NCBI RefSeq assembly: GCF_006345805.1
Contig: NC_043014.1
Coordinates: forward strand, 3,100,001-3,164,000
Length of the DNA stretch: 64,000 nt
DNA from: Octopus sinensis
Lineage: Eukaryota
Direction: 5' to 3'
Positions 13,192 through 26,539 of this stretch are shown in pieces. Position numbers and translations under genes: made by a program. The number at the start of each line of letters is the position of its first letter. Positions within the stretch are counted from its first letter, which is position 1. The notes beneath the pieces are model-generated. The model was given only the letters and a program-made list of their open reading frames with translations, searched no databases and was not told the origin of the DNA.

Positions 13192-13362
13192 CACTAGTGT
13201 AGCTGGTGCTGGAGGGGGCGATAGGGGCAGTCTGCCCCGGGTGGCACTTTTAAAAGGGCACCACTTTTGGGTCTGCTGTAGGCAATATACGGTTTTTGTG
13301 AGGTTCAGGGGTAGCAAACGGAAGGGCTGTCCTGGGTGGCACACACTCTAGCTACACTAGTG
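13192..13362. mobile_element. hAT-type MITE
   Basis: Perfect 13-bp TIR cactagtgtagct/agctacactagtg; 8-bp TSD atccaatg (13184-13191) and acccaatg (13363-13370). Confidence 0.85.
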
Positions 13363-15439
13363 ACCCAATGTTTGCTTTGGCATGGTTTCTACATCTGGGT
13401 GCTTTTTCATAATAACCCTTCAGAAGAAGGGTTACTCAAATGAGGGTCAATGTATGATAGAGGGACAGCAACAAGTGTCTTGCCAGAAATGAGATATATG
13501 GCTTCCCCCAACTGCAAAGCAAGAGAGATGGAGAGTGCATGTCCTCAAGGTGCAAAGTGAATACAAGAAAGAAAATAGGAATAGAGAAATGGAAAAAAGT
13601 GAATGGGTAGGTAAGTTTGTCAGAGTGTGAAAAGAGTATGACATAGTTAGAAATGGGGACTGAATTGGATGCAATATATGCAAAGTGCTCCTTTGAGGTA
13701 TTCCCCACCTTCCTGTCCACAGAGTTGATTATTGTAGTCTTTATAAAAAGATCAATACAGTTGTGCCACTGAAGACTGGGTGTTTGGATTACCTTGTTCC
13801 ACATTCTTAACATATGTTAATGCTTCTTTTTCTAAACCTTTGATTGCTCAAGATAATATTCTACCTAACAGCAATAGTTCCCAGCCGCCTTTTTCGTCCA
13901 TTTTTTTTTTACAACAAAGGACTCCCTTTAAATGAATTCCACCACCCCTGCCCCCAGACCCCAAGCCTGTGAAAGGTCTGTCTATACAAAGGGAGCTGAT
14001 TTGATTAACTAACAAGAAACTTGCTTTCCCAGTTACTAAACTGAAATATGTCTGAATAATTATATGTAACTGTTTCTTATGAATTGTATATAACCAAGTA
14101 ATTATACATTTTTACACTGCACACCCTTTTAATATTTCAAAGACAGCTCATGGACCCACAATACCACCTTTGTGGAACCTCAGGTGTCTACACTCCTGCT
14201 CAGGAAGCACAGCTGAAGAGCATAAAAATTGTTTCCATTTCTTTTGTCTTCTTCAGAAGATGAAGGCGACCATTGCAAGAGAGAGGGGTCAATTATATTG
14301 ACCGAACAGGAAAAAAAAAGCAAAAATATAAACAGGGGGAAGCATATTGTTATCCGGGTGGTGACAGTCTCAGTAATCCTAATGGGTTGTTGGGGTACAA
14401 CTGAAGCTTTTATGCTCCTCATATAGTATTTCAAAATACTTGAGTGACCAGGCCTCCTTCAGTTTCGTCTCAGCAAGGGCCATTGTAAAAATGTGAAGAG
14501 CACCTTGCACTACTTACAATAACAAACCCTACACTAACATGGTAGCAGGCTTCCTTAAAGCTAAGTGAATGAACTCTTATGACCCCATCTTAGCCATGTT
14601 GACAGAATCTGAACAGCTGGCCCCTTGCTTGGCAGTAGTCTGATACCCTGTTGTCTTGGCTATCTCTATCTAAACATTTGGTTGTCGTATGAGAGTGAAA
14701 ACTATATCTCATGTAAGATCCTTCACTTAAGGGGAATTCTTCTTTCATATATCCTCAAACCTTAACCTCAAAAATATGGTGGGGTCTGGAGAAACGAGTG
14801 TCCCAGTCTCAGAAAAGTTTTTAGGGATCTATACTTAATTTTAGGCCTAGTGACATTAAGAAGAGATAAAACTGCCCCTGGTCCTTGGAATGGAATGGAT
14901 TTTTGCCTGGAGACGTTACCTAAAATAAACCAAATTATCTTGTAGCTATCTCACTACAGGGAGAGTTTCTAAGGGATCAATCTATGCTTAACTCCAGACC
15001 TCAAGACAATAAGCAGATGAGATAAAACTACCCTGGAGCATTTCAAGACAATAAAATGTATTAGTCAACTCTTCACTTCATTCATACTAAATCCTATATC
15101 AGATTATGTTTGATTACTGTATAACATTATCTGTTTGTGTGTGTATATGTATACACACACACACACATATATATATATGTATATACACACACACACACAC
15201 GTATTTATATATAACCCCCCCCCCACATGTGTATGTGTGTATGTATATATTTACACATGCATGTGTATATTTATGGTGCTTTAAAAACTGGTATTCTTTA
15301 GGTTTTCTGCCTTTATGTCTCATAACTTAGTAGTTTGACAAATAGAGTTTGATAAAACAAATTCCTGTCTTCAACAGGTAATGGGGTCGGTATAAGTGAT
15401 TTACACCCTTGAAGACAGCATCCCAGTAAAAAATAATAT

Positions 15440-15447
15440 GAACCTAC

Positions 15448-15498
<51 letters not shown>

Positions 15499-15587
15499 GA
15501 CATACATATATATATATATATATATACATATAGACATACATATATATACATATACACATACACATATATACATACATATATATACAG

Positions 15588-15620
<33 letters not shown>

Positions 15621-15623
15621 CAG

Positions 15624-15656
<33 letters not shown>

Positions 15657-16150
15657 CAGATATACATACATATACACATATATATACATACATATACACA
15701 TATATATATATACATACATATACACACATATATATATACATACATATATACATATATACATACATATACACACACATATATATATACATACATATACACA
15801 TATATATATATATACATACATATACACATATATACATACATATACACACACATATATACATACATATACACATATATACATACATATGCACACACATATA
15901 TACATACATATACACACACATATATACATACACATATACACACACATATATACATACATACATATACACATATATATATACATACATATACACATATATA
16001 CATACATACATATACACATATATACATACATACATATACACATATATATATATATACACACACATATATATATATACACACACACACACATACATATACA
16101 CATATATATATATACATACATATACACACATATATATACACACACACTCA
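15440..16150. repeat. Compound (TA)/(CA) microsatellite of about 0.7 kb
   Basis: Continuous tatatacacatacata-type low complexity; source of the long Y/I/H/T and C/V/M ORFs. Confidence 0.95.
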
Positions 16151-16805
16151 AACACATTATATGTGTTGCAGTGAACAAGCTAAAGCCGTATGACTAAGAC
16201 CAAAAGCAGACGGATACCAGGAATATAAGGATATAGTTCTCTCCACTCTCGTGATACAATAACAGGCAAAGGAGGGAGAGAGGGAGGGAGTGAGTGTCGT
16301 GAACAGTTATTGAGATGTGTGATATCATAGCAGCAGTGACTAAGCTCTGTAATTTATCAAATGGTATCAGATTACATATAGCGCAGCATTAATAATTCTA
16401 TGCTGCAAATGCTAGATAACACCACCCTTGCGTATGACAAGATATTTAAGCCGAAACAAGAGCGGAGCTTACAGAGATTGTAGTAGTGATATCACACAAT
16501 ATCAGATTGCTACCAATAACCAACCGTCTGCAGTAGTAGTTGGAGTAGTAGTAGTAATAGTAGTAGTGTGTGTTGTAGTATCAGAATGTATATTAGCAAG
16601 ATATCTGTCTGTGTATGTGTGTATTGTATAACAAAAGCTGGATTGTTGAATGCTATACAAATACGAATGTAACAAGATTTGTCTGTCGTATCAAATTGAT
16701 AAAATGATATCTTGGAAGTATTGCTTATAGGCACAGTTATCAAGCCGCAGCAACAGTTAATATAATTGATAATCTAGAAATGATGATGCTACACAATATC
16801 ATGTG

Positions 16806-17165
16806 ATATCTTTCACTCGTTTTGGTCATTGTATGGCGGTCATACTGAGCACCGTCTTGGAAAGCTTTTTGGTTGAATGAATCAACCCCAATGATAATTT
16901 TTTTTTTTAAAGCCCGGTGCTTATTCTGTCAGTCTCTTTTGCTGAACCGCCAAGTTATGGGGACATACACAAACCAATGCTGACCAGTTCCCAAGCGGTG
17001 GTGGACAACAAACACAAACAGGCTTCGTTCAGTTTCCGTCTACCATTATTCACTCATAAGGCTTTGGTCAGCCCAAGACTATTGTAGAAAACACTTGCCC
17101 AAGGTGATATGCAGTGGGATTGAACCCAGAACTTGGGAAACAAGCTTCTTACCATGCAACCACAC
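16806..17165 (-). mobile_element. SINE family 1, diverged
   Basis: ctcgttttggtcattg...ctgagcaccgtc...gctgaaccgccaag...cacttgcccaagg...cagtgggattgaaccc. Confidence 0.8.
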
Positions 17166-17198
17166 ATGAGTCTATATACATATATATATATTATACAG

Positions 17199-17430
17199 AG
17201 GGCGGCGAGCTGGCAGAAACGTTAGCACGCCGGGCGAAATGCATAGCAGTATTTCGTCTGTCGTTACGTTCTGAGTTCAAATTCCGCCGAGGTCGACTTT
17301 GCCTTTCATCCTTTCGGGGTCGATAAATTAAGTACCAGTTTCGTACTGGGGTCGATATAATTGACTTAATCCCTTTGCCTGTCCTTGTTTGTCCCCTCTA
17401 TGTTTAGCCCCTTGTGGGCAGTAAAGAAAT
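17199..17430 (+). mobile_element. Full-length monomer of SINE family 2 (possible Meta-domain-like core)
   Basis: ggcggcgagctggcagaaacgttagcacg...gagttcaaattcc...gcctttcatcctttcggggtcgataaattaagtaccag...ccccttgtgggcagtaaagaaat. Confidence 0.9.
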
Positions 17431-17934
17431 ATATATTATACATACACACACATAGTTATGTATTTATATACACACACACGTATCATGTAGTCATATGAGA
17501 GTGTGGCAAGTGTTAGCAAAAAGGATATGATATCATATGGTCATCATTAATTAATGTCCAGGTTCCATGCCTGCATGGGTTAGATTATCTAATATAAAAA
17601 TGAAGTTCTTGTTTCCTATTTAAGTAAAAGACCAACAATTTCAAAAACAAGAGGAGTGGAGAGGAAGCAGTGAACCAATTACACTGATTCCAGTACTTTG
17701 TCTGCCCAGAAAGAATAAAAGGCAAAAGATTTGAACTCAGAATGTAAAATGCTCCAATCCAATACCACAAGGCATTTTGTTCAATGCCTGTTGGGATTTG
17801 AACCCTTAATGTAAAGGGTGCTAACTAAATACCACAAGGTACTTTATCTGATACTCCATCAATTCTGCTAGTATACCATCAGTAATATATTGCTTTTACA
17901 TATATCAAAGAAATATGGAAGCAACAGTTATTCA

Positions 17935-18285
17935 CCTTTTGTTTGTTTTAGTCATTAGACTGTGGCCATGCTGGGGCACCACCTCAAAGAATTTTAACCC
18001 AGGACTTTTTTTTTTAAAGCCTGGTACTTATTCTATCAGCCACTTTTGCCCAACCGCTAAGTTACAGGGACATAAACACACCAACACCAGTTGCTTAACG
18101 GGTGTAGTGGGAGACAAACACAGACAGGCTTCTTTCAGTTTCCATCAACCAATTCCACTTACAAGGCTTTTGGTCAGCCAGAGGCTATAGTAGAAGACAC
18201 TTGCTCAAGGTGTCATGCAGTGGGACTGAACCTGGAACCATGTGGTTGTGAAGCAAGTTTCTTACCACACAGCCACTTCTATGCC
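17935..18285 (-). mobile_element. SINE family 1
   Basis: gtttgttttagtcattagactgtggccatgctgg...cttaccacacagccac. Confidence 0.8.
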
Positions 18286-19185
18286 TTGGATATCAGTGAA
18301 TAAAAACATAGTGAGTTAGTAGGTAAAGAAGTAGGTGTGTGGAGGGGGTTTTACAAGATGATATCCTGTGTAGATAATGTTTATATATGTAGGTTATTTT
18401 TTTTAATAAATAAGATATATGAAAAGATGTGAACAACAAAAAAAAAATTTCTTTTAATATTTTTTACGAAAGGTAAAGGATTTGAACTCATGACTTCTAA
18501 ATCTGTTCCTTTTCTAAATACACGTTCATGCTACTAATTCTTTGACTACTGTACTACCATCGCTTACAAAAGAACACTATGCGCACACAAACATATATAT
18601 ATATACATATATGCATACACACACACACGTGCATACAAACACATATATACATGTATGCATATACACACACACACATGCGCACACAAACACATATATACAT
18701 GTATGCATATACACACACACATGCATACACAAACACATTTATGAAAGGAAATCAATTGAGAAAGACTGAGGGAAAACTGCAATTACCAAACCACTTGTGA
18801 AAGTGGTTTGGTAAGAATAAATTAAAGGAGAAAGAGAGAGAATAAATTAGAGAGCGAGGCTGTAATACATAGATGTAAAGATATGAAAAGCAAGTAAACG
18901 AAGGCAGAGAAAATACTAACGAGTTGAGGAGATTGCAAAGAAAACTGAAGAGTAAAATGCATGAAAATAGGGTCATTTAAGAAAACAACCGTAAAATATC
19001 ATCTAGATTATAGTGTATAATATACGTGTGTATGTGTGAATGACATATGGGGACACGTTTTTCCTAGTGGAACATTTGAAGACTTTCTGTAGTTGCATGA
19101 GGATAAACTAAGGAACAATTCCTTCATTTCCTCTGACTAACATCATCATTACTATTGTTGTTCTTGTTCTTACCATTATATATAT

Positions 19186-19855
19186 CTTTTACTTGTTTCA
19201 GTAACTTGACTCTGGCCATGTTGGAGCACTGCCTTGAAGAGTTTTCTTGGCTGAACACATTGTCTCTAGGACCTATTTTTTTTAATGCCTAGGACTTATT
19301 CTATCAGTTTCTTTTTGCCGAACTACTAAGTTACGGGGACATAAACACACAAACATCAGTTGTCAAGCGGTGGTGGGGGACAAACAGACACACACACATA
19401 TATATATACGATGTGCTTCTTTTAGTTTCTGTCTACCAAATCCACTCACAAAGCTTCGGTCAACCTCAAGGCTACAGCAGAAGACACCTACCCAAGGTAC
19501 CACGCAGTGGGACTGAACCCTGTTCCATGTGGTTGGAAAGCAAGCTTCTTATCACACGGCCACGTGTTTCAGTCATTTGTGGTCATACAAGATGACAGCC
19601 CTGAAAGGTTAAAGGCTTAATCGAACAAACTGATTACTGGCAGTGATTTCATCAGTTTCTCTTTGTGGAAGTTATGGGGACATAAACAAACCAACAAAGG
19701 TTGTGAAGCAGTTGGGAAAGGAGGCAAAAATGTTGCATACACACATAACTAGCTCCTATACAGTTTCCACTTACAAAATTCACTCTAAGAATTGGACGGC
19801 CCTGCAGCTATTGTAGAAGACCCTTGCCTATGATGCTCCAAAGTAGGACTGAATA
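19186..19855 (-). mobile_element. Two tandem SINE family 1 copies, the second degraded
   Basis: Body and head motifs repeated at about 19186-19563 and 19565-19855. Confidence 0.75.
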
Positions 19856-19866
19856 TATATTTAAAA

Positions 19867-20255
19867 TATTCTTTTCTACTCTAGGCAGAAGGCCCAAAAT
19901 TTTCGGGGAAGGGGCCAGTCAATTAGATCGACCCCAGTACGCAACTGCTACTTAATTTATCAACCCCAAAAGGATGAAAGGAAAAGCTGACCTCACCGGA
20001 ATTTGAAACTCAGAATGTAAAGGCAGATGAAATACCTATTTCTTTACTACTCACAAGGGGCTAAACACAGAGGGGACAAACAAGGACAGACAAACGGATC
20101 AAGTCGATTACATCGACCCCAGTGCGTAACTGGTACATAATTTATCGACCCTGAAAGGATGAAAGGCAAAGTCGACCCCTGTAGTATTTGAACTCAGAAC
20201 GTAACGGCAGACGAAATACGGCTACGCATTTCGCCCGGCGTGCTAACGGTTCAGC
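19867..20255 (-). mobile_element. SINE family 2 composite dimer (unit with tail A plus head-less unit with tail B)
   Basis: Junction gatgaaatac|ctattctttactac near 20030; same architecture at 59785-60183. Confidence 0.85.
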
Positions 20256-20323
20256 CACCTCGAAATATCGTGCACCAATCAGTGCATACATGGTCAACAT
20301 TGACCAATGGAGGCTCTACAAAA

Positions 20324-20356
<33 letters not shown>

Positions 20357-20407
20357 TGATAAATGTGTCCTTAGTTGACACACCACCATCTTTAGTCCTA
20401 CAATGCT

Positions 20408-20451
<44 letters not shown>

Positions 20452-20788
20452 TACAATGCGTAATATAGTCAGGTGCTTCAGAAGTTTGCATTACAATCAT
20501 AATGTTCCGAGTCCATGCAATCTGGGTAAATGTGGTTTTTCTATCGAGTCAGTTCACACTTTATGACTGTAACAGAGTGACATGAAAACTATAAAAGCTT
20601 GTACCAGCAATTTGAAAGGTGTAACCTTGTCACACTTGGCCTGAGAATAATAACATTGGAGGTAAACCTGTTTGTAGTATAATCAACCACTTATGCAAGT
20701 GCAGGTAATTCAGTTGATCAAACAACTGGATTTTCATTCTTGAACAAAGGAGATCCACCAAAACTACCATACATACATACATTTTATT

Positions 20789-20820
<32 letters not shown>

Positions 20821-20827
20821 AATAAAT

Positions 20828-21030
20828 CATGGTCGCCATGATAGATCATTAGCCACTACACACATTTTTTTTTCTCTCCTTGTTTTTTCTGAGTCCCTTT
20901 CTGTAGAAGAGCATAGGCTCGAAACGTAAAAGACTTTTTCTATTCCTGAACATTATACTAATACATCTGTTTGTTTGTACACCACCTGTCTTCGTCTTTT
21001 GTTTTTTTTCGTAAACTCTCCCTATATATA
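20828..21030 (+). mobile_element. PLE-like tail repeat carrying a hammerhead motif
   Basis: Homologous to 35390-35530; contains gaagagcataggctcgaaacgtaaaag. Confidence 0.7.
20897..20932 (+). ncRNA. Minimal type I hammerhead-like motif with core CUGUAGA
   Basis: CUUU-CUGUAGA-A-GAGC(AUAG)GCUC-GAAAC-GUA-AAAG; stems I and II pair, ACGU palindromic stem III, A6 replaced by U. Confidence 0.55.
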
Positions 21031-21910
21031 TATATATAAGCATATGTGGACGTCTGTCTATACACACACAAACAGTAGAAAAGGCAGAATCAAGAGCAAT
21101 GACAGAAGCTTGGAGTGAGAGGAAGAGTGAGAGAAGAAAACTACTTATATTTCTCATCATGATCATAAACATCTCCCCACCACCTACATATTTTGCCCAA
21201 ACAAAGGAATGGAATAACAATTAGAGTAGGGTGGGCGTTGTATCATTCATAAAATCTGTGTATTATACCAACTGATTATTCAAACAATTAGCAGACAAAA
21301 ACCTCTAAAAGTTTCAAAATCTAAAACCTGAAACCAAGGGAAATAACTCCTATAAAATCAGATAAATGAAACATTCATTCAATATCAACAAAGCATGTTA
21401 GAGAGGATATATATCCTCTCTACCAACTGACCCTTAAAGGCAACATCCATTCTAATCTGTATCCCCCATTATATTCATCATTGTTTTAACATCTATATTC
21501 CTTATGCTTGCATGGATCAGCCAGAATTCATTGAAGCATGGTTTCTTTTTACAGCTGGATGCTCCTGTTGCTGGCGACTCTCATTCGTTTCCAAGCAAGA
21601 TAAAATTTCCTCTTAGTCTAGACAGAAGATTGCAATTAAACATTTAAATGACTGTGATATTTGTCCATAATTAGTATCTGATAATCATCAGCATTCTTGT
21701 AATGTTCACTTTTCCATGCTTGCATGGACCGGAAGGAGTTCATTGGGGCAGATTTTCTATGGCTGGATGCCCTTCCTGTCCCCAAGCAAGGTAATATTTC
21801 CTCATGGCTGGACATGTTTTTCACAGATCGGAAATGAATAACACAGCTTGTATGACAGCAAAACAAACATATATACCTCAAGCAGACACATACATACACA
21901 CATTATAAAA

Positions 21911-21947
<37 letters not shown>

Positions 21948-21952
<5 letters not shown>

Positions 21953-22075
21953 GGGCTTCTTTCACTTTCCATCTACCATGTCCACTCTCAATGCCTTGGT
22001 CAGCCCAAGTTACCAGTGGAACTGAACCTGGAACCTTGTGGTTGGGAGGTAAACTTCTTAACCACACAACCGTGT
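21948..22075 (-). mobile_element. SINE family 1 head fragment
   Basis: gggcttctttcactttccatctacc...actgaacctggaacc...cttaaccacacaacc. Confidence 0.7.
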
Positions 22076-22176
22076 GTGTGTGTGTGTGTACAGGGTATAT
22101 AAATGAAAAGTGTGAAAGATAAGCTGTTCTTTTAATGACCAGAGAGAAAAACAGCTCTCTCTCTTTCACACACACA

Positions 22177-22413
22177 CATCATCATCATCATCATTTAATG
22201 TCCGCTTTCCATGCTAGCATGGGTTGGACGATTTGACTGAGGTCTGGCGGCCAGCGCCGCTGGACTGTCTCCTGTGCAGGTGGCACATAAAAAGCACCAT
22301 TTGGGCGTGGCTGTTGCCAGTACCACCAAACTGGCCCTCATACCGGTGGCATGTAAAAGCACCCACTACACTCTCAGAGTGGTTGGCGTTAGGAAGGGCA
22401 TCCAGCTGTAGAA
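22177..22413. mobile_element. RTE tail fragments in opposite orientations
   Basis: catcatcatttaatgtccgctttccatgctagcatggg (minus) followed by gtggcatgtaaaagcacccactacactc...gggcatccagctgtagaaac (plus). Confidence 0.75.
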
Positions 22414-22762
22414 ACACACACAAGTATGTGTACTTATACACACATATGCATGCATAAAATTATCTAGCAAGGCAGATATATATAGATCTAATCAACACAT
22501 TTGATGGTCTCAACTGTGAAGAACTAGCAATGAAGCTATGTTCATATAAGTACAATATAAATTAATTCCATTTCACATATTTTCGTGTGTTTTGACCCAC
22601 AAACTTTACCCAATCAATCGACACATACACACATATATACACACACAGATAGCATACAATACATATACACGCACAGAGTGTAAGAGTCAAGTGGCAGAGA
22701 CAGTGAGTGCAGAAACCTGCTTACTCACCAAGAGAGGATAGCAAACTCAGCGAACATTTTAA

Positions 22763-23225
22763 CCCCTTTGTTACTAAACCGGCTCTGGCTCTGTAGTACA
22801 AATGTCTCATTTGCATAAGTTTTGAATTAAAATCTTCCACCCAACCTTTGTTACAATTTATGTTCCTAACACCTGCTTAATGATAATTAAGTTATTTTAC
22901 TAAATTCTTTGTAATATTTAAAATTAATTGAAAGAAACACAGAGCATCTCAACAAAAATATGGTAGCAAAAGGTTTAAAATATATAATAGATAAACAATT
23001 TTTAACCCTTTTGATACCAACCTGGCTGAAACTGCCTCTGGCTCTGTTGTACAAATGTCTTGTTTTCAAAGGTTCTGAATTAAAATCTTCCACCAAACCT
23101 TAGTCACAATTTATGTTCCTAACACTAGTTGAATGATAACTAAGTTATTTTACTAAATTCTTTGTTATATCCGAAGTAATTGAAAGAAGCACAGAGCATC
23201 TCAACGGAAATATGGCAATGAAAGG
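22763..23225. mobile_element. Head-to-tail dimer of piggyBac-type MITE family A
   Basis: Two units of about 215 bp bounded by TTAA-like sites and joined by ttaaaatatataatagataaacaatttttaa; same dimer at 60576-61032. Confidence 0.8.
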
Positions 23226-23382
23226 GTTAAGAGACCTCTGTGAAGATTTATACAACTGTTGCTTGCTGTGTGTGTGTGTGTGTGTTGCTATGGCAATGGC
23301 TAAGAGCAAATAAATGTAATATAGACACAGAGTGAGAAGAGGGACATAGAGAGAGAGAAGAAAGCAAAGAGATGCAAAGGAC

Positions 23383-23413
<31 letters not shown>

Positions 23414-23609
23414 GAGGGCAATTTACATAGATGCAATTTATGTTAATTATTCCACATCGATTTGTGAGGCAAGGAAGAAGAGAAATGTTCACACCATATT
23501 GGTTGGTGGTTTGTGCCGAGAGACTTGTCAAACAACTCCTAGACTATCTACTGTCCATTTTTCATCTAGATAGTCTTGTTCACTTGTCTATCTAGATAAA
23601 AATCGACAC

Positions 23610-23767
23610 TCATGTGTGTATATGCATAGCTATATATATCAAACATAAGTACATACATATAGTGTGTATATATGTACATATTATAAACATACTCAAATAC
23701 ATATAGATACATATATATATATTACATATACACAAACATACAGTGGTGTGTGTGTGTGTATACACAC

Positions 23768-23815
<48 letters not shown>

Positions 23816-24230
23816 GTTGCATATACACAAACATACAGTGGTGTGTGTATACACACACATATATACACACACACACACACACATATATGTTACATATACA
23901 CAAACATACAGTGGTGTGTGTGTGTGTATACACACACATATATATGTATGTATGTATATATACACATATATATGCATATATACACATATATATATATGCA
24001 TATATACACATATATATATATGCATATATACACATATATATGCATATATACACATATATATATGCATATATACACATATATATATATGCATATATACACA
24101 TATATATATATATATATATATGCATATATACACATATATACACACACATATATATATATATATGCATATATATATACACATATATATATATGCATATATA
24201 TATTATATATATATATATCACATACAAAAC
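23610..24230. repeat. Compound microsatellite and minisatellite
   Basis: Three copies of acatatacacaaacatacagtggtgtgtg embedded in (CA)/(TA), then (atatgcatatatacac)n. Confidence 0.9.
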
Positions 24231-24831
24231 ACACCACAGGCACCAGCATAGCCATGTGGTTAAATTCACTTAACAATCACCTGGTTCTGTGTTCAATCCA
24301 CCATGGCAGCACCACAAACAAGTGTTTTTTTATTTTCTTGTAGCCTCCAGCTGACCAATGCTTTGTGAAAGGAATTTGGCTGCTTTTTTTAACCCCAGGT
24401 CAGCCCTGACTGAACAGGCCTAGGATCAAAAAGGACATTCCGGCTGTGAACATGGCATGTCATTTTTCCATACACATGGTTTCCAACATGTCCTAGTATG
24501 AAACGGTTATAGTATGATGTGAGGGACACTTGACTGCCATTTCCAGGATGTCAGTCGATCACATAAGTTCCCTTGCAGACAGAAACCATGAAGCAACCAG
24601 TAGTGTGTATGTATCTACCTATAAGCAGATAGACTGAAACGAGCATCAATGTTCCCACATGGCAGCTTAAAAATGGTGAAGAGATTCCTACTTAAATGAT
24701 AGCTTCGTTAACCCAATAAAAAGAAAGAATAAAAAATATTTATCCACCAAAGTCGTGTTGGGCAATTATTTTCACTGTTTGATATTACCATGTATGTATG
24801 CGTCCATGTGTGTGTGTGTGTGTATATATAT

Positions 24832-25123
24832 GTGGACGCACAATGGCCCAGTGGTTAGGGCAGCGGGCTTGCGGTCAAAGGATCACGGTTTCGATTCCCA
24901 GATCAGGCATTGTGAGTGTTTATTGAGCAAAAACACCTAAAAGCTCCCCGAAGCTCCGGCAGGGGGTGTTGGCAATCCCTGCTGTACTCTTTCACCACAA
25001 CTTTCTATCACTCTTTCTTCTGCTCGCTTAGCCAGCGAGGTGGCGTCATTTGAAGGCTAAAACAATGCAAAGAGCAGTGTGACCAGCGATGTGTAGCAAC
25101 ATCTGATAGCCTGGCCGGTCACG

Positions 25124-25128
<5 letters not shown>
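24832..25128 (+). mobile_element. tRNA-derived SINE of a distinct family
   Basis: tggcccagtggttagggc A-box and tttcgattccc B-box-like, body of about 300 bp ending cacggtga plus (TA)n. Confidence 0.75.
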
Positions 25129-25165
<37 letters not shown>

Positions 25166-26539
25166 ATATATAGATATATATATAAAAAGACAGAGAGAGA
25201 GAGAGAGAGAGAGAGAGTATCTTGTGTGTACAGTTAGACATATTGTCACTGGTGGGTTTAGACCTTCAAGTAGATTATCCTTATCCGGTTCACTACTTCC
25301 TGTGGTCACTACTGTACTCATTAGTGTTATGGGTCATGATGCACAAAGCAAATGTAGGAACAAAGTATGATAATATCACAAGATGGAGTTTATTTCATTT
25401 GTTCCCTACATCTGTTTCATGCTCGTTAACTGCATCTGCTGCAGTGGGTGCTCCAAACGCAAGTGAAAAACTGACCCCAACAACAGTTCTTTTAAGGGAA
25501 CACTTTATTGCAATATGCTTGGACAGATGAGATGCAGGGGATCTTTTACTCCTTGTATTTTTACCACATATCTAAACCAATTTGCTTTTCAGGACTCTTT
25601 TTACCCTTGTGGAAAAGTTTCAGCACCGAAACACAGATACAGCTGTTAAGACTATATTCACAGAACATTTTTATTCTTTCTTCTCTTCCGTGTAAGGAGT
25701 TAGGTTTTTTTTTTTTAACCTTAGTCTTAGCTTTGAGTTTAGTCCCACTACACATCACCTTGGGCAAGAGTTTTCAACAATAGTCCTGGGCCAACCAAAC
25801 CTTGTGAAGGCATTTGGTAGTTGAGAACCAAATAAGCTTGTCTTTTTTGTATGTATTTGTTTACATTCATGCTTCTTGGAAAAATCATTCAGCTATGTGC
25901 AGTGATATTGCTGTTATTTTTTATTTTTCTGTAGATAAACTGTCTGTTGGTTTAGTGTATTTGAAAATGTGTGGTATAAGAGATCCCTTATTTGAAACAG
26001 GAAAGGGTTAGTGACGGGAAGAGCATTCACTTGTAAAACAATGCCTCAATAATATATTCACCTAACTCATGGCGACATGGAAAAACAGATGTAAAAACAA
26101 ATGAGTAATATCAGACAAATCCTTTGAACTGTATGTGCATGCATGTGTGCACACATGCATATATTATTGACATATATGTGTGTGTGTGTGCCTTCATGCT
26201 TAAGTTTACCACTATAAACAGAGTAGTTGCACCTAATATCAAAAACATAACTTAGCGATAGGATGAGTAGAGATCGATAAAGAAGGTATCAGATTGAAAT
26301 GAGTAAAGGGGCCACTTTGATTGACCTTCAATTCAAGGCAGTACTCCAGCATGACCACAGCACAATTACTACAAAGCGATAAAAGAACTAAAAAAAAAAA
26401 CAGATAGTTGTGTTTTTGTTTCCTTTAATATGTAAAAAAAAGGGGAGAGGTGTATTGCAAATAGGTCCTTAACCCTTGATGTCATACTTCTAGTGATGCA
26501 CTAATTAATTGTTTTAGCGAAATACTCGTTACTATTAAC

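Noticed and set aside
15313-16197. Long ORFs of 244-280 aa (likewise 23610-24343, 30581-31162, 43119-44581, 48383-49290)
   Set aside because: They are translations of TA/CA/TG microsatellites that lack stop codons; no domain content
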